Positions 18,241 to 28,312 are shown, counted from the stretch's first letter. The stretch is 64,000 nt of DNA from an uncultured bacterium (GCA_964397255.1 CAYNHQ010000004.1:118363-182362); one strand, 5' to 3'. Numbers and translations: made by a program. The notes: generated from the sequence alone by a model not told the origin.

Positions 18241-20178
18241 ATGCCGTACATTCGGCGGGTGATGGTGGAAGTGAAGCTACCGGATGGGAGCATCAAGAAA
18301 ATAGAGACGGGAAAGACCGTCCTGGATGTGGCCAAGCTCATCGGGGCGGGCCTGGCCAAAGCCGCGATTGCGGGAAAGCTCGATGGCAAAATCGTGGATC
18401 TCCGGATGCCGATTCGGGAGAATGCTTTGCTTCAAATCATTACGGAAAAAGATCCCTTCGCGAATGAAGTGATTCGCCACTCGGCGGAACATGTCATGGC
18501 CGACGCGGTCAAACAGCTCTGGCCCAAAGTGCAAATCGATGTGGGACGAACCGATCACTCTGAAAAATTTCAATACGATTTTAAAATCGATCATCCGTTT
18601 ACGCCGCAGGATCTCGAAAAAATCGAATTGAAAATGAATGAGATTTTAAAAAAAGAATCCACGTTCACACGCGAAGTGGTTTCACGTGAAGAGGCAAAGA
18701 AACTATTTAAGTCGATGGGAGAAGAACTCAAAATTTCCCGTATCGACGATATTCCCAAAGGAGAAAATATTTCTCTGTTTCGGCATGGAAATTTTGTCGA
18801 TCTCTGTCGCGGGCCGCATGTCCAGACCACATCTCAAATCGGCGCGATTAAGTTGTTGGAAACTTCCGCTTCTTATTGGCGGGGCGATGAAAAAAACGAA
18901 GTTCTTCAGCGCGTGTACGGCACCGCATTTCGGACGAAGAAAGAATTAGAAGAGCATCTTGCCCGAGTCGAAGAAGCGAAACACCGAGATCATCGGCGAA
19001 TCGGAAAAGATCTCGATCTCTTTAGTATCTCGGACGAAATTGGACCCGGCCTGATTTTATGGCATCCCAAAGGGGCACTGGTTCGCTACCTGATCGAAGA
19101 ATTTTGGCGAAAAGAGCATTTCAAAGCGGGATACGATTTGGTGGTTTCACCTCACCTCGCCCGTCTCGATCTCTGGAATACGTCAGGTCACACCAGCTTC
19201 TATAAAGAGAACATGTTTTCACCGATGGAAGTGGAAAAGCAACCGTACATGGTTAAACCCATGAACTGCCCCTTCCATATTCAAATTTACAAATCGAAAC
19301 TGCGTTCGTACCGCGATCTACCCCTGCGGTATGCAGAACTGGGGACAGTATATAGATATGAACGTTCAGGTGTTCTCCATGGTCTACTTCGGGTCCGGGG
19401 ATTCACACAGGACGATGCGCACCTATTTGTAACTCCAGATCGGCTCAATGACGAAATCGAAAAGGTTCTCCAGTTTTGCGTCTATATATTTAAAACCTTT
19501 GGGTTTTCCGAGTATGAGATCTACTTATCCACACGCCCGCCAAAGTCCGTTGGCAGCGACGAAGAATGGGCCAATGCCACGACAGCCCTAAAGAACGCCC
19601 TCGAGAAGAGCAAGCTTCCTTTTTCAATCGATCCGGGGGAAGGAGTGTTTTACGGCCCGAAGATCGATGTGAAGGTCAAAGACTCTTTGGGGAGGGCCTG
19701 GCAATGCGCGACCATACAGGTCGATTTCAACCTACCTGCCCGATTTCAGTTGGAATTTATTGACCGGGATGGTACAAGGCGCACCCCGATTATGATCCAT
19801 CGGGCCCTCTTGGGATCGATGGAACGGTTCTTCGGCTGCCTGGTCGAACATTATGTCGGAGCCTTCCCGCTCTGGCTCAGTCCGGTACAGGTCAAACTTC
19901 TGCCCATCACGGATGGGCAGCATTCTTTTGCCGAGGAAGTTCGCCTTAAGCTCAACGCGGAAGGGTTCCGGGCTGAAGTGGACGGGCGTAACGAAAAGCT
20001 GGGCTTTAAAATACGGGAAGCGCAGCTGGAAAAGGTTCCCTTTATGGCGGTCATAGGGGAACAAGAAGTTGCCAAGCGTGAGCTTTCCCTTCGGAAACGA
20101 AGCGGAGAGCAGGTCTCCGGAGTTTCCGTGGATCAATTTGCGAAGCTTCTTCGAGAGGAGGAACAGGCGAGTAGGTGA
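18241..20178 (+). CDS. thrS: Threonyl-tRNA synthetase
   Basis: N-terminal TGS domain '...VKLPDGSIKKIETGKTVLDVAKLI'. Class II motifs are present and the C-terminus ends '...EQEVAKRELSLRKRSGEQVSGVSVDQFAKLL'. The true start may be the second in-frame ATG at 18262 (M-VEVKLPDGS, compared with E. coli MPVITLPDGS). Confidence 0.9.
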   Translation: MPYIRRVMVEVKLPDGSIKKIETGKTVLDVAKLIGAGLAKAAIAGKLDGKIVDLRMPIRENALLQIITEKDPFANEVIRHSAEHVMADAVKQLWPKVQIDVGRTDHSEKFQYDFKIDHPFTPQDLEKIELKMNEILKKESTFTREVVSREEAKKLFKSMGEELKISRIDDIPKGENISLFRHGNFVDLCRGPHVQTTSQIGAIKLLETSASYWRGDEKNEVLQRVYGTAFRTKKELEEHLARVEEAKHRDHRRIGKDLDLFSISDEIGPGLILWHPKGALVRYLIEEFWRKEHFKAGYDLVVSPHLARLDLWNTSGHTSFYKENMFSPMEVEKQPYMVKPMNCPFHIQIYKSKLRSYRDLPLRYAELGTVYRYERSGVLHGLLRVRGFTQDDAHLFVTPDRLNDEIEKVLQFCVYIFKTFGFSEYEIYLSTRPPKSVGSDEEWANATTALKNALEKSKLPFSIDPGEGVFYGPKIDVKVKDSLGRAWQCATIQVDFNLPARFQLEFIDRDGTRRTPIMIHRALLGSMERFFGCLVEHYVGAFPLWLSPVQVKLLPITDGQHSFAEEVRLKLNAEGFRAEVDGRNEKLGFKIREAQLEKVPFMAVIGEQEVAKRELSLRKRSGEQVSGVSVDQFAKLLREEEQASR

Positions 20179-20699
20179 AAGAAAATATCCCTAGACAGCG
20201 AGTGAACCACATGATTCGGGTTCCACGGGTTCGAGTCATCGGCCCCGAGGGAAATCAATTGGGGATCCTGGATACCTCTGAAGCGCTCCGTACCGCGATT
20301 GAAGTCTACAATCTGGACTTGATCGAAATCTCGCCATCGGCCTCACCGCCGGTGTGCAAGATTATGGATTTCGGGAAGTTTAAGTACCAACAGAAGAAAA
20401 AAACGCAGGAGGCGAAAAAGAATCAAAACATCATCCAGGTCAAAGAGATCAAGCTGCGCCCGGCGACCGACGACCATGATTTGGAAGTGAAAGTGAAGCA
20501 TATTCTTCGGTTCCTCGACGAAGGAAACAAGGCGAAAGTGACGATTCGCTTTAAGGGACGTGAATTGATGCACAGCCAGTTGGGGCGCGTCATGCTGGAC
20601 CGAATTATTCAAGCGGTCGGTGCAAAGGCGGCGGTGGAACAGGAGGCCCGGCTGGAAGGAAAGATGATGTTTATGGTATTGGCGCCTAAACCGCACTAA
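20175..20699 (+). CDS. infC: Translation initiation factor IF-3
   Basis: '...RVPRVRVIGPEGNQLGILDTSEALRTAIEVYNLDLIEISPSASPPVCKIMDFGKFKY' is the canonical IF3 pattern. GTG at 20175 or another non-ATG start, typical for infC. It overlaps the thrS stop. Confidence 0.8.
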   Translation: MKENIPRQRVNHMIRVPRVRVIGPEGNQLGILDTSEALRTAIEVYNLDLIEISPSASPPVCKIMDFGKFKYQQKKKTQEAKKNQNIIQVKEIKLRPATDDHDLEVKVKHILRFLDEGNKAKVTIRFKGRELMHSQLGRVMLDRIIQAVGAKAAVEQEARLEGKMMFMVLAPKPH

Positions 20700-20710
20700 A
20701 GGAAAACGAT

Positions 20711-20914
20711 ATGCCGAAGATGAAAACAAATAGCGCAGCCGCAAAGCGATTTTTAGTGAAGAAGTCGGGCAAGGTGAAACACAAGAAGGCCAACCTTCGC
20801 CACAACCTGACGCTCGGGAAAAGCCCCAAGGGGAAGCGGCATATGACCGGACCCGCCTATGTGAACCAGAGTGATGTTCACAAGGTGTATGCCGTCATGC
20901 CGTATTCGAGATAA
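20711..20914 (+). CDS. rpmI: 50S ribosomal protein L35
   Basis: 67 aa 'MPKMKTNSAAAKRF...KHKKANLRH'. The infC-rpmI-rplT order supports the call. Confidence 0.85.
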   Translation: MPKMKTNSAAAKRFLVKKSGKVKHKKANLRHNLTLGKSPKGKRHMTGPAYVNQSDVHKVYAVMPYSR

Positions 20915-20923
20915 GGAGAGCAT

Positions 20924-21277
20924 ATGGCACGAGTAAAACGAGGACCCAAAGCCCGCCGCCGTCGAAAGCGCACGATGAACCTGGCCGAAGGATATTACGG
21001 CCGAAGAAAGAACTGCTTTACGATCTCGACCGTGGCGGTCGAGCATGCGCTCGCGTATGCCTATGTGGGGCGCAAGCAGAAGAAGCGGGATTTCCGCGCC
21101 CTCTGGATTCAGCGAATCAATGCTGCCGCGCGCAAATGCGGAACGACCTACAGCAAGCTGATCCCCCTGCTCCAAAAGGCCAAGATCGAATTGGATCGAA
21201 AAAACCTCGCCCAGATTGCGGTGAGCGATTTTGATTCATTTTCAAAAATCGTTTCCGCTGCTAAATCAGCAGCGTGA
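20924..21277 (+). CDS. rplT: 50S ribosomal protein L20
   Basis: 117 aa 'MARVKRGPKARRRRKR...GRRKN...RDFRALWIQRINAAAR'. Confidence 0.9.
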   Translation: MARVKRGPKARRRRKRTMNLAEGYYGRRKNCFTISTVAVEHALAYAYVGRKQKKRDFRALWIQRINAAARKCGTTYSKLIPLLQKAKIELDRKNLAQIAVSDFDSFSKIVSAAKSAA

Positions 21278-22326
21278 GCGACCGCCTCGCGCAAATTGAA
21301 CGATCCTTTGAGAAGTCTCTTTCGGGGACGAACGACCTCGATTCATTAGAACAACTCCGTGTAGATGTTTTAGGGAAAAAAGGGACACTCACGACCACTC
21401 TCCGATCGATTGGCAAACTGCCCGCGAAAGAGAGACCTCTTTTTGGCGAAAAAGTAAATGCTCTGCGGATGAAACTTGAAGAAAATCTGCGCCAAAAGAA
21501 AGAGAAGCTCGAAAACTCGGAAGAAGAAAAAAAGATTCGTGACGAAGCCATCGACGTCACCCTTCCGGGCCGGCAGCCGGCCCGCGGGAGCCTTCATCCG
21601 TTAAGCCAGATTGAAAAGAAAATCGTCACGATTTTTCGGTCACTCGGTTTTTCGGTCGCCGAAGGGCCCGACATCGAAACCGACTACTACAATTTTGAAG
21701 CGCTGAATTTCCCTAAAGATCATCCCGCCCGTGACATGCAAGACACGATTTTTGTCGAAGGGGGGCTTCTCCTACGAACGCACACGTCGCCCGTTCAAAT
21801 TCGGACGATGGAGGTCAAACCCCCTCCTGTTCGAATTGTCATTCCAGGGCGTGTCTATCGTCATGACGATGATTCGACGCACTCTCCCGTCTTTCATCAG
21901 GTGGAAGGACTGTGTGTAGGAACCGATGTCACGTTCGCCCATCTCAAGGGAACGATCGAAGCCTTCATTCACATGATGTTCGGGAAAGAGATCAAAGCTC
22001 GTTTTCGCCCCAGCTTCTTTCCGTTTACGGAGCCGAGTGCGGAAGTCGACATGGCCTGCGGAAGTTGCAAAGGGAAGGGATGCCGTGTGTGCAAGCAGAC
22101 TGGCTGGGTTGAAATTTTAGGCTGCGGAATGGTGGATCCAAATGTGTACGATTTTGTCGGCAAAGCGTGGAAAAAAAGAGGAGAGCCAAACCCCTACGAT
22201 CCTGAAAAGATCAGCGGCTTTGCCTGGGGCATGGGCGTGGAGCGTGTAGCGATGGTGCTTCACGGCATCGACGACATCCGTCTCTTCTATGAAAATGACA
22301 TCCGTTTTCTGGAGCAGTTCGAATGA
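21274..22326 (+). CDS. pheS: Phenylalanyl-tRNA synthetase alpha subunit
   Basis: 350 aa. Class II core '...LRTHTSPVQIRTM...FRPSFFPFTEPSAEVD...GCGMVDPNV'. It overlaps rplT and pheT. Confidence 0.9.
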   Translation: MSDRLAQIERSFEKSLSGTNDLDSLEQLRVDVLGKKGTLTTTLRSIGKLPAKERPLFGEKVNALRMKLEENLRQKKEKLENSEEEKKIRDEAIDVTLPGRQPARGSLHPLSQIEKKIVTIFRSLGFSVAEGPDIETDYYNFEALNFPKDHPARDMQDTIFVEGGLLLRTHTSPVQIRTMEVKPPPVRIVIPGRVYRHDDDSTHSPVFHQVEGLCVGTDVTFAHLKGTIEAFIHMMFGKEIKARFRPSFFPFTEPSAEVDMACGSCKGKGCRVCKQTGWVEILGCGMVDPNVYDFVGKAWKKRGEPNPYDPEKISGFAWGMGVERVAMVLHGIDDIRLFYENDIRFLEQFE

Positions 22327-24695
22327 AAATTCTATTGAGTTGGCTCCACGAAATGCTTCCGACAAAACCTTCGGCAGAGGAGGTGGCCAAGGCGTTGACG
22401 TCCGTGGGTGTCGAAGTGACAGACATTCAGCATCTCGCCAAAGGATTTGAAAAAGTTTCTGTCGCTCGGATTGAATCGATGCGACCCCATTCCAACGCGG
22501 ATCGTCTGACTCTCTGCAAAGTGTTCGAAGGCTCGCAAACACTCGACATTGTTTGTGGCGCGAAAAACATGAAAGAGGGAGATTACGTGGCTCTTGCTCA
22601 TGAAGGAGCCCACCTTCCCAACGGCTTGACGATTAAAAAAGGGAAGATTCGGGGAGAAAACTCCGAAGGGATGCTCTGTTCGGAAAGTGAGCTGGGTCTT
22701 TCAGAAGAATCGGAAGGAATTTTAATTCTCTCCAAAGAAAATTTGGTTGGGACTGCGCTTGCAGATGTGTTGGGACGAAATGATTGGCTGTTGGAGCTCG
22801 AAATCGGCCCAAACCGTGGCGATTGTCTAAGTATCATGGGTGTAGCGCGCGAAGCCGCAGCGGCGCTTAAGATTACACCCAAACTTCCCCTGGCGCAGGG
22901 GGAGGGACCGAAAGAGAGCTCGCTTCGCGTGAATGTTCTCGACCGCGACGGGGCCCCTCGATTTACGATTCGTGCGCTCGAGGGAATCAAAGTCAAACCT
23001 TCATCGGATCTGATTCGCCGACGCTTGGAAACCTGCGGAATCCGATCCATTAATAATGTGGTGGATGTCACGAACTACGTCAGTCTTGAATGGGGGCAGC
23101 CAGAGCATGCCTTTGATGCGGCCAAAATCGTCGGAGGACTTCAAGTTCGACGGGCCAAAAAGGGAGAAAAGATTCTCTGTCTGGACGGTGAAGAACGAGT
23201 TCTTGCAGACGAAGATATTGTTATTGCGGATGATGAAGGGCCGATCGGAATCGCGGGCGTGATGGGCGGAGCGCGAACGGCGGTCTCGGAGTCGACCACG
23301 TCGATTTGGTTGGAGACGGCTCATTTTAGTCCATCGGCGATTCGTCAAACATCAAAACGTTTAAATCTTCACACGGAAGCCTCTCATCGATTTGAGAGAT
23401 CGGTAGACCCGGCCGCGACATGGGCGGCCTCTTCGCGCGCAGTAGCTCTGCTCTTACAACAGGCGGGAGGAAAAGAAGAAGGAAGTGTCGATATTCGAGC
23501 CAAGCCGATATCTCCCCGCCATATTGTTCTTCGAAAAGAAACACTTCGTCGAATCACAGGCGTGACGATTGCCGAAGCAGGCGAACCCCTTTCTCAAATC
23601 GGATTGCCCGTGGAAAAATTAGAAGAGGGATGGAAGGTCGAAATCCCCCCCCGCCGTCCCGATCTGGAGCGAGAGGTGGATTTGGTGGAAGAAGTGGCGC
23701 GCATTTACGGTTACGACAAAATTCCCGCTGCCATTCCTTCGCTCATGAGTGAACCGGAAGGGGGCTCTCTATTTGAGCAAGTTGATTCGATCAAGAACGC
23801 ACTTTCTTCGGCGGGTCTCCGTGAGGTTCGAGGCTATAGTTTTGTTGGAGAAGAGGATGGCGGATTTGCTCTCTCGTCTTTAGGCAAAAGAGTCAGGATC
23901 GAAAATCCTTTATCGAGCGAAATGACGTTCATGCGCCAGTCGCTTTTTCCGTCGCTTCTCAAAGCTTGGAATGTGAGCCGGTCACATCAAGCGAAAGGAG
24001 CCAGACTTTACGAAATCGGGCATCTCTATGGCGCGGGCGAGGGCATGAACGATTCTCCGGCGAAGGAGGAGTTGCATCTGGCGGCCTTCGTTGCGGGCGA
24101 AATGGAAGGACAGGAGTGGTACCGAAAAGAACGAACGGCTCAATTTTTTGATCTCCGTGGAGTGATGGAGTTTTTGGCTGATCAGCTTCGTTGGGGAGGA
24201 GTTTCATTTGGCGGTGACGCAAGCTTCCCAGAGCTTCATCCTGCGCAGTCGGCGGCGATTCTCTGGCGGAATCACCCCATCGGACGAATGGGTGTTCTCC
24301 ACCCCCGATTGGCAAGAACGTGGGATGTCGGAAATGTAATTCTCTTGGATCTTCATCTCGATCCTCTATTGGAAGGAGAAATTCCAAAAGTTCGTTACAA
24401 GCCTCTTTCACCGTTCCCACGAGTGGAACGAGATTTGGCTTTCATTCTTCCCAAGTCGACATCGGCCGAAAAAATTCCCGCGGAAATTCAAAAGCTCAAA
24501 GATCCTTTGTTGCGTTCTGTGAAGCTTTTTGACCTCTATGAAGGAAAAGGGATCCCCTCGGGCGAAAAGAGTTTGGCCTACCGATTGACGTTCGGCCTGC
24601 CTGACCGCACCCTCACCGACGCCGAAATCGATGCCTCGGTCAAAAAGATGGTTGACACGATCACCAAATCCACCGGCGCCAAACTCCGAGCATAA
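22323..24695 (+). CDS. pheT: Phenylalanyl-tRNA synthetase beta subunit
   Basis: 790 aa. N-terminal tRNA-binding domain, B3/B4 and B5 domains, and a C-terminal FDX-ACB-like domain. 4-nt overlap with pheS. Confidence 0.9.
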   Translation: MKILLSWLHEMLPTKPSAEEVAKALTSVGVEVTDIQHLAKGFEKVSVARIESMRPHSNADRLTLCKVFEGSQTLDIVCGAKNMKEGDYVALAHEGAHLPNGLTIKKGKIRGENSEGMLCSESELGLSEESEGILILSKENLVGTALADVLGRNDWLLELEIGPNRGDCLSIMGVAREAAAALKITPKLPLAQGEGPKESSLRVNVLDRDGAPRFTIRALEGIKVKPSSDLIRRRLETCGIRSINNVVDVTNYVSLEWGQPEHAFDAAKIVGGLQVRRAKKGEKILCLDGEERVLADEDIVIADDEGPIGIAGVMGGARTAVSESTTSIWLETAHFSPSAIRQTSKRLNLHTEASHRFERSVDPAATWAASSRAVALLLQQAGGKEEGSVDIRAKPISPRHIVLRKETLRRITGVTIAEAGEPLSQIGLPVEKLEEGWKVEIPPRRPDLEREVDLVEEVARIYGYDKIPAAIPSLMSEPEGGSLFEQVDSIKNALSSAGLREVRGYSFVGEEDGGFALSSLGKRVRIENPLSSEMTFMRQSLFPSLLKAWNVSRSHQAKGARLYEIGHLYGAGEGMNDSPAKEELHLAAFVAGEMEGQEWYRKERTAQFFDLRGVMEFLADQLRWGGVSFGGDASFPELHPAQSAAILWRNHPIGRMGVLHPRLARTWDVGNVILLDLHLDPLLEGEIPKVRYKPLSPFPRVERDLAFILPKSTSAEKIPAEIQKLKDPLLRSVKLFDLYEGKGIPSGEKSLAYRLTFGLPDRTLTDAEIDASVKKMVDTITKSTGAKLRA

Positions 24696-24734
24696 GTATA
24701 TTGAACTTTTTAGAGAGTTTGGTTAAATAGCGCT

Positions 24735-25802
24735 ATGCGTCAATTTGGGATAGCTTTATTGTTTCTAGGGATACTCATCTCTCCCTACGCTGCTCGCGCT
24801 GCAAACCCAAAGAAAAATTTACCTATGACAGGGCCGCCTCCTGAGCCTCTTTCATCCGAAGAAATTGCAGCCGTAGACTCCTGGCTTCATGATCCAAGTA
24901 AGGGGATTGCCAACAACAATCGGTTGGTGGTTCCCGGAAGTTGGTCAACAACTTTGCGGCGGAACGTTGTTAAAGTGGGAATGAATCAGGGGATCACAAA
25001 TGCCGAAGATGCAATGGCAGCACTGGAACAGAGGGTAGATTTCGATAGAATACCCGATGTAAGAAAAAGGGTGTTTGAGTTTTTTCAAAAAATGTTTACC
25101 GCAGAGCAACGGCTCATACCGGTGGATCCGATCCTGAATAATTCTTCTCTCATACAATCCAATGGAGATTCAAAGCTTTCGGTATTTATCGAAGGATCGC
25201 GTTCGTTCAAAAGCCCCATTGTGAAAGAAACCGCTCAGGCAAACTACGTTGCAGATCTTTTAAAATGGAATGAATCCCTATCACCGGGAAATATGGCATC
25301 TGTAATCGGCGATCTTGAAGAATTTCATGCGTCTGCATTTCCGAACTACACCAAGGGACTAGAAATCGCAGCTGAAGACAAACAGCGACAAAAATATTTG
25401 AAAGCCGTGACGAAGCTATTCGCATACTTCTATAAGCAGTCACCGGAATATATTGCGGCAGTCAGGACCTTGTTGGACAAGAGATGCGCCACATTTCTCA
25501 GGTGGGGAGGGAAGGTGTCCTTTATTGCCGGACTATTAGTCATGTCGTGGGAACTGGGAGGAGATGTTGTCGAAGCTTCGGAAGGAGACGTGAGGCCACT
25601 TGTCTCTGACAGTGCTGATGCCGCCATTCCGGGGGGGAGTTTTCTTCTGAAAAAAGCGTGGCGGGAGTTTAGAGCCTGGTGTGAGGAGGTGGGACAGCAC
25701 CTGCGCCTGGGTGAATATGGGAATTTAGAAATTGAAGGCTATACGTACGATTCGAGAGATTGTGAAAGAGTCAACGACCCGTCCGCATGGAGAGGACGAT
25801 AG
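24735..25802 (+). CDS. Hypothetical secreted protein (355 aa)
   Basis: Signal peptide 'MRQFGIALLFLGILISPYAARA'. No recognised domain. Confidence 0.45.
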   Translation: MRQFGIALLFLGILISPYAARAANPKKNLPMTGPPPEPLSSEEIAAVDSWLHDPSKGIANNNRLVVPGSWSTTLRRNVVKVGMNQGITNAEDAMAALEQRVDFDRIPDVRKRVFEFFQKMFTAEQRLIPVDPILNNSSLIQSNGDSKLSVFIEGSRSFKSPIVKETAQANYVADLLKWNESLSPGNMASVIGDLEEFHASAFPNYTKGLEIAAEDKQRQKYLKAVTKLFAYFYKQSPEYIAAVRTLLDKRCATFLRWGGKVSFIAGLLVMSWELGGDVVEASEGDVRPLVSDSADAAIPGGSFLLKKAWREFRAWCEEVGQHLRLGEYGNLEIEGYTYDSRDCERVNDPSAWRGR

Positions 25803-26622
25803 CGCCGAGGAAAAGAAGAAAGGCGCCGGCGATTCCTTTCCAAGAGAGAGATTCGGAAAGAAGAAAATAGCCGAAAAGAAGCGACAGGGGTCCCTTCACA
25901 TTTGAAAAAATGGCAGCGGGAAGAACCCCCGCCAAACCGATGCCCCGATTCCAAAACATGAACCCAATTCCCGTCGGAACCGTTCCAAGCCAGAGAAGAA
26001 GCGAGAGATTTTTAAGTGTGAGAGCCTGCGGAAGGTGAAAACTGTCTCCGGTGAAAAGCATGTATGCGCAAATGAGAAGTGCTCCGATGCCTTGACCCCA
26101 AATGGAATTTCCAATCAGGCGTTCGCGATGGCGGGCGACCCAAATATTGCCGATGGAGAACGAAAGATTGCTCAAAAGAATCAGGCCGACACCGATAGAG
26201 AGAAAATGAGCTTCAAGGGTTTGGTGAAACACTTGTGGAGGAATGGCGAGGAGGCCACCCGCAATGGAGAGAAGTATCGCGATTCCGCCGCTCAAACTTG
26301 GAGAAACGACACCAAATGGAATTCCAAGGAGGTAATGACTTAACGGTGTCAGGAGAGTGAGAGTTCCGACAACGCCGCTGGGAAGATAGGCCAGCGAATG
26401 AATATAAAGGAGATAGGTAAGGGCGAACTCGAAGAGGCCGATGAGAAGCGCCGGAATGAATTGGAATCTTCGAATCTCTCGCCGGTAGATGAAGGCGGCG
26501 GTAAGAAAGCCGAGACCCAGTCGATAAAAAGCAAGCTGGCTCGGATGGAAGCCGGCCAGGGCCATCTTCGCCAGGGCAAACGAAAACCCCCAGATGAGGG
26601 CCGTAACAGCCAGAAAATACAT
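25771..26622 (-). CDS. EamA/DMT-superfamily transporter
   Basis: 283 aa with ~10 predicted TM helices. The N-terminus 'ALIWGFSFALAKMAL' is EamA-like. Confidence 0.65.
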   Translation of the reverse strand: MYFLAVTALIWGFSFALAKMALAGFHPSQLAFYRLGLGFLTAAFIYRREIRRFQFIPALLIGLFEFALTYLLYIHSLAYLPSGVVGTLTLLTPLSHYLLGIPFGVVSPSLSGGIAILLSIAGGLLAIPPQVFHQTLEAHFLSIGVGLILLSNLSFSIGNIWVARHRERLIGNSIWGQGIGALLICAYMLFTGDSFHLPQALTLKNLSLLLWLGTVPTGIGFMFWNRGIGLAGVLPAAIFSNVKGPLSLLFGYFLLSESLSWKGIAGAFLLFLGAIVLSMRTGR

Positions 26623-26742
26623 GCCGTCACTATGCCCGTTAGCCCATTTTCATTCCATGGTTGACGAGAGGGGGGACGATTGGTAGCCTGCATCCGGTTG
26701 AACTTCAGTCTTGCAAACATTAACTAAGGGGCTGAACTTGTT

Positions 26743-27126
26743 ATGAAAACATCGATTTCGGAAAAGCTCTTTTATAAAATTGGGGAAGTTGCGACCCTTA
26801 CAGAACTGGAACCCTACGTTCTTCGATATTGGGAAGGGGAGTTTAACTTCAAACTGACGAAGTCGAAAAATAATCAGCGTCTTTATCAACGAAAAGACAT
26901 CGATCAGATTCAACGCATTAAAACGCTTCTTTATGGCGAGAAGTTCACGATCGCCGGAGCAAAAAAGCGCCTTCGTGAAATGAACAAGAAGAAAGGTGAA
27001 AACGGTCAAATGGCATTGGCTCTTCCCCCGTCCATCGAGCGAAAGGTGGTCGAACGAAGAGAGCAGCTTCTCGAAATTCGTCGTGAGGTTCAATCCATAC
27101 TGGAGGCGCTGGAGCCTACGAATTGA
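26743..27126 (+). CDS. MerR-family transcriptional regulator
   Basis: 'YKIGEVATLTELEPYVLRYWEGEF...RLYQRKDIDQIQRIKTLL' is a MerR HTH. The coiled-coil C-terminus also fits. Confidence 0.65.
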   Translation: MKTSISEKLFYKIGEVATLTELEPYVLRYWEGEFNFKLTKSKNNQRLYQRKDIDQIQRIKTLLYGEKFTIAGAKKRLREMNKKKGENGQMALALPPSIERKVVERREQLLEIRREVQSILEALEPTN

Positions 27127-28307
27127 AACTGCCGGTCTACCTCGACCACCATGCCACGACCCCATGCGATCCACGGGTCCTGGAGAGGATGACCCCCTTC
27201 TTCACTGAACAATTTAGCAACCCATCAAGTCCCTACGAATCGGGGAAAAAAGTTCGAACTGCCGTCGAAAATGCGCGCGAAGAAGTCGCTCAATTGATCG
27301 GCGCCGAAGGCCGGGAGATTTGTTTCACGAGCGGTGCCACAGAATCGAACAACCTGGCTCTTATGGGCGCCTTTTCCGCCTATCGCGAAAAGGGAAACGA
27401 GATTATTACCGCCACCACGGAACACAAAGCAGTCCTCGATACACTGAAAGCTCTAGAAGATGCAGGTGCTAAGGTCATGTATCTTCCTGTGGATAAGTAC
27501 GGACAGGTATCTCCCGATGAAGTTCGAAAGGCGATCACCAGGAAAACCATTTTGGTTTCCATCATGTTTGCCAACAATGAAATTGGAACGATTCAACCGA
27601 TTAAAGAAATAGGAAAAGTCACAAAAGAAAAAAACGTCCTTTTCCATTCTGATGCCGCCCAAGCCGTCGGGAAGATTCCTGTGGATGTAAACCAATGTGA
27701 AATTGATCTTCTTTCGATTTCGGCTCACAAAATCTATGGTCCCAAGGGAATCGGTGCACTTTACGTCAGAGGAAAGAACCCTCGGGTGAGACTTTCTCCC
27801 TTTATTCATGGTGGAGGCCACGAGAGGGGACTTCGATCGGGAACACTTAATGCCCCCGGCATTGTCGGCCTGGGTGCCGCCGCGGCCATCGCTATCGAAA
27901 ATATGAAAGAAGAAGGAGAGCGAATCGGAAAACTTCGTGATCACCTACAGGAAACGATTTTTTCCAAAACCAAGAACGCCTATGTCAACGGTCACCCGAC
28001 CAACCGCCTCCCGAACAACCTCAGTATTAGCTTTGATGATGTCGCGCGCGAATCTTTTCTCTCCTGCTTTGAGGGAATCGAAGTGTCTTCGGGCTCGGCC
28101 TGTTCGTCGGCAAATGTGGAGCCATCCCATGTTCTCAAAGCCATCGGTCTTGCCGATGCCAGGGCGCTAGGTACACTTCGATTCGGCCTGGGTCGTTTTA
28201 CCACCCAAGAAGAAATCGACTTTGCGGCAAAACGTGTCATCGAAACGATTGCGACCCTTCGAAGTCATTCCCCATTCTGGAAAAATGGGGAAAGAATTGG
28301 TACATAA
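27123..28307 (+). CDS. iscS: Cysteine desulfurase (IscS/NifS family, PLP-dependent)
   Basis: 'MKLPVYLDHHATTPCDPRVLE...SAHKIYGPKGIGALYVR...' contains the PLP-binding Lys motif SxHK. TTG start at 27123. Confidence 0.85.
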   Translation: MKLPVYLDHHATTPCDPRVLERMTPFFTEQFSNPSSPYESGKKVRTAVENAREEVAQLIGAEGREICFTSGATESNNLALMGAFSAYREKGNEIITATTEHKAVLDTLKALEDAGAKVMYLPVDKYGQVSPDEVRKAITRKTILVSIMFANNEIGTIQPIKEIGKVTKEKNVLFHSDAAQAVGKIPVDVNQCEIDLLSISAHKIYGPKGIGALYVRGKNPRVRLSPFIHGGGHERGLRSGTLNAPGIVGLGAAAAIAIENMKEEGERIGKLRDHLQETIFSKTKNAYVNGHPTNRLPNNLSISFDDVARESFLSCFEGIEVSSGSACSSANVEPSHVLKAIGLADARALGTLRFGLGRFTTQEEIDFAAKRVIETIATLRSHSPFWKNGERIGT

Positions 28308-28312
28308 GCCAT

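Noticed and set aside
16519-18467. ORFs 16519..16983(+) and 18198..18467(+) sharing '...KFAQNAVHSVGDGGSE(T/A)SGWEHQENRG...'
   Set aside because: They are out-of-frame translations of thrS-leader copies D and E. The similarity reflects the DNA repeat, not a protein.
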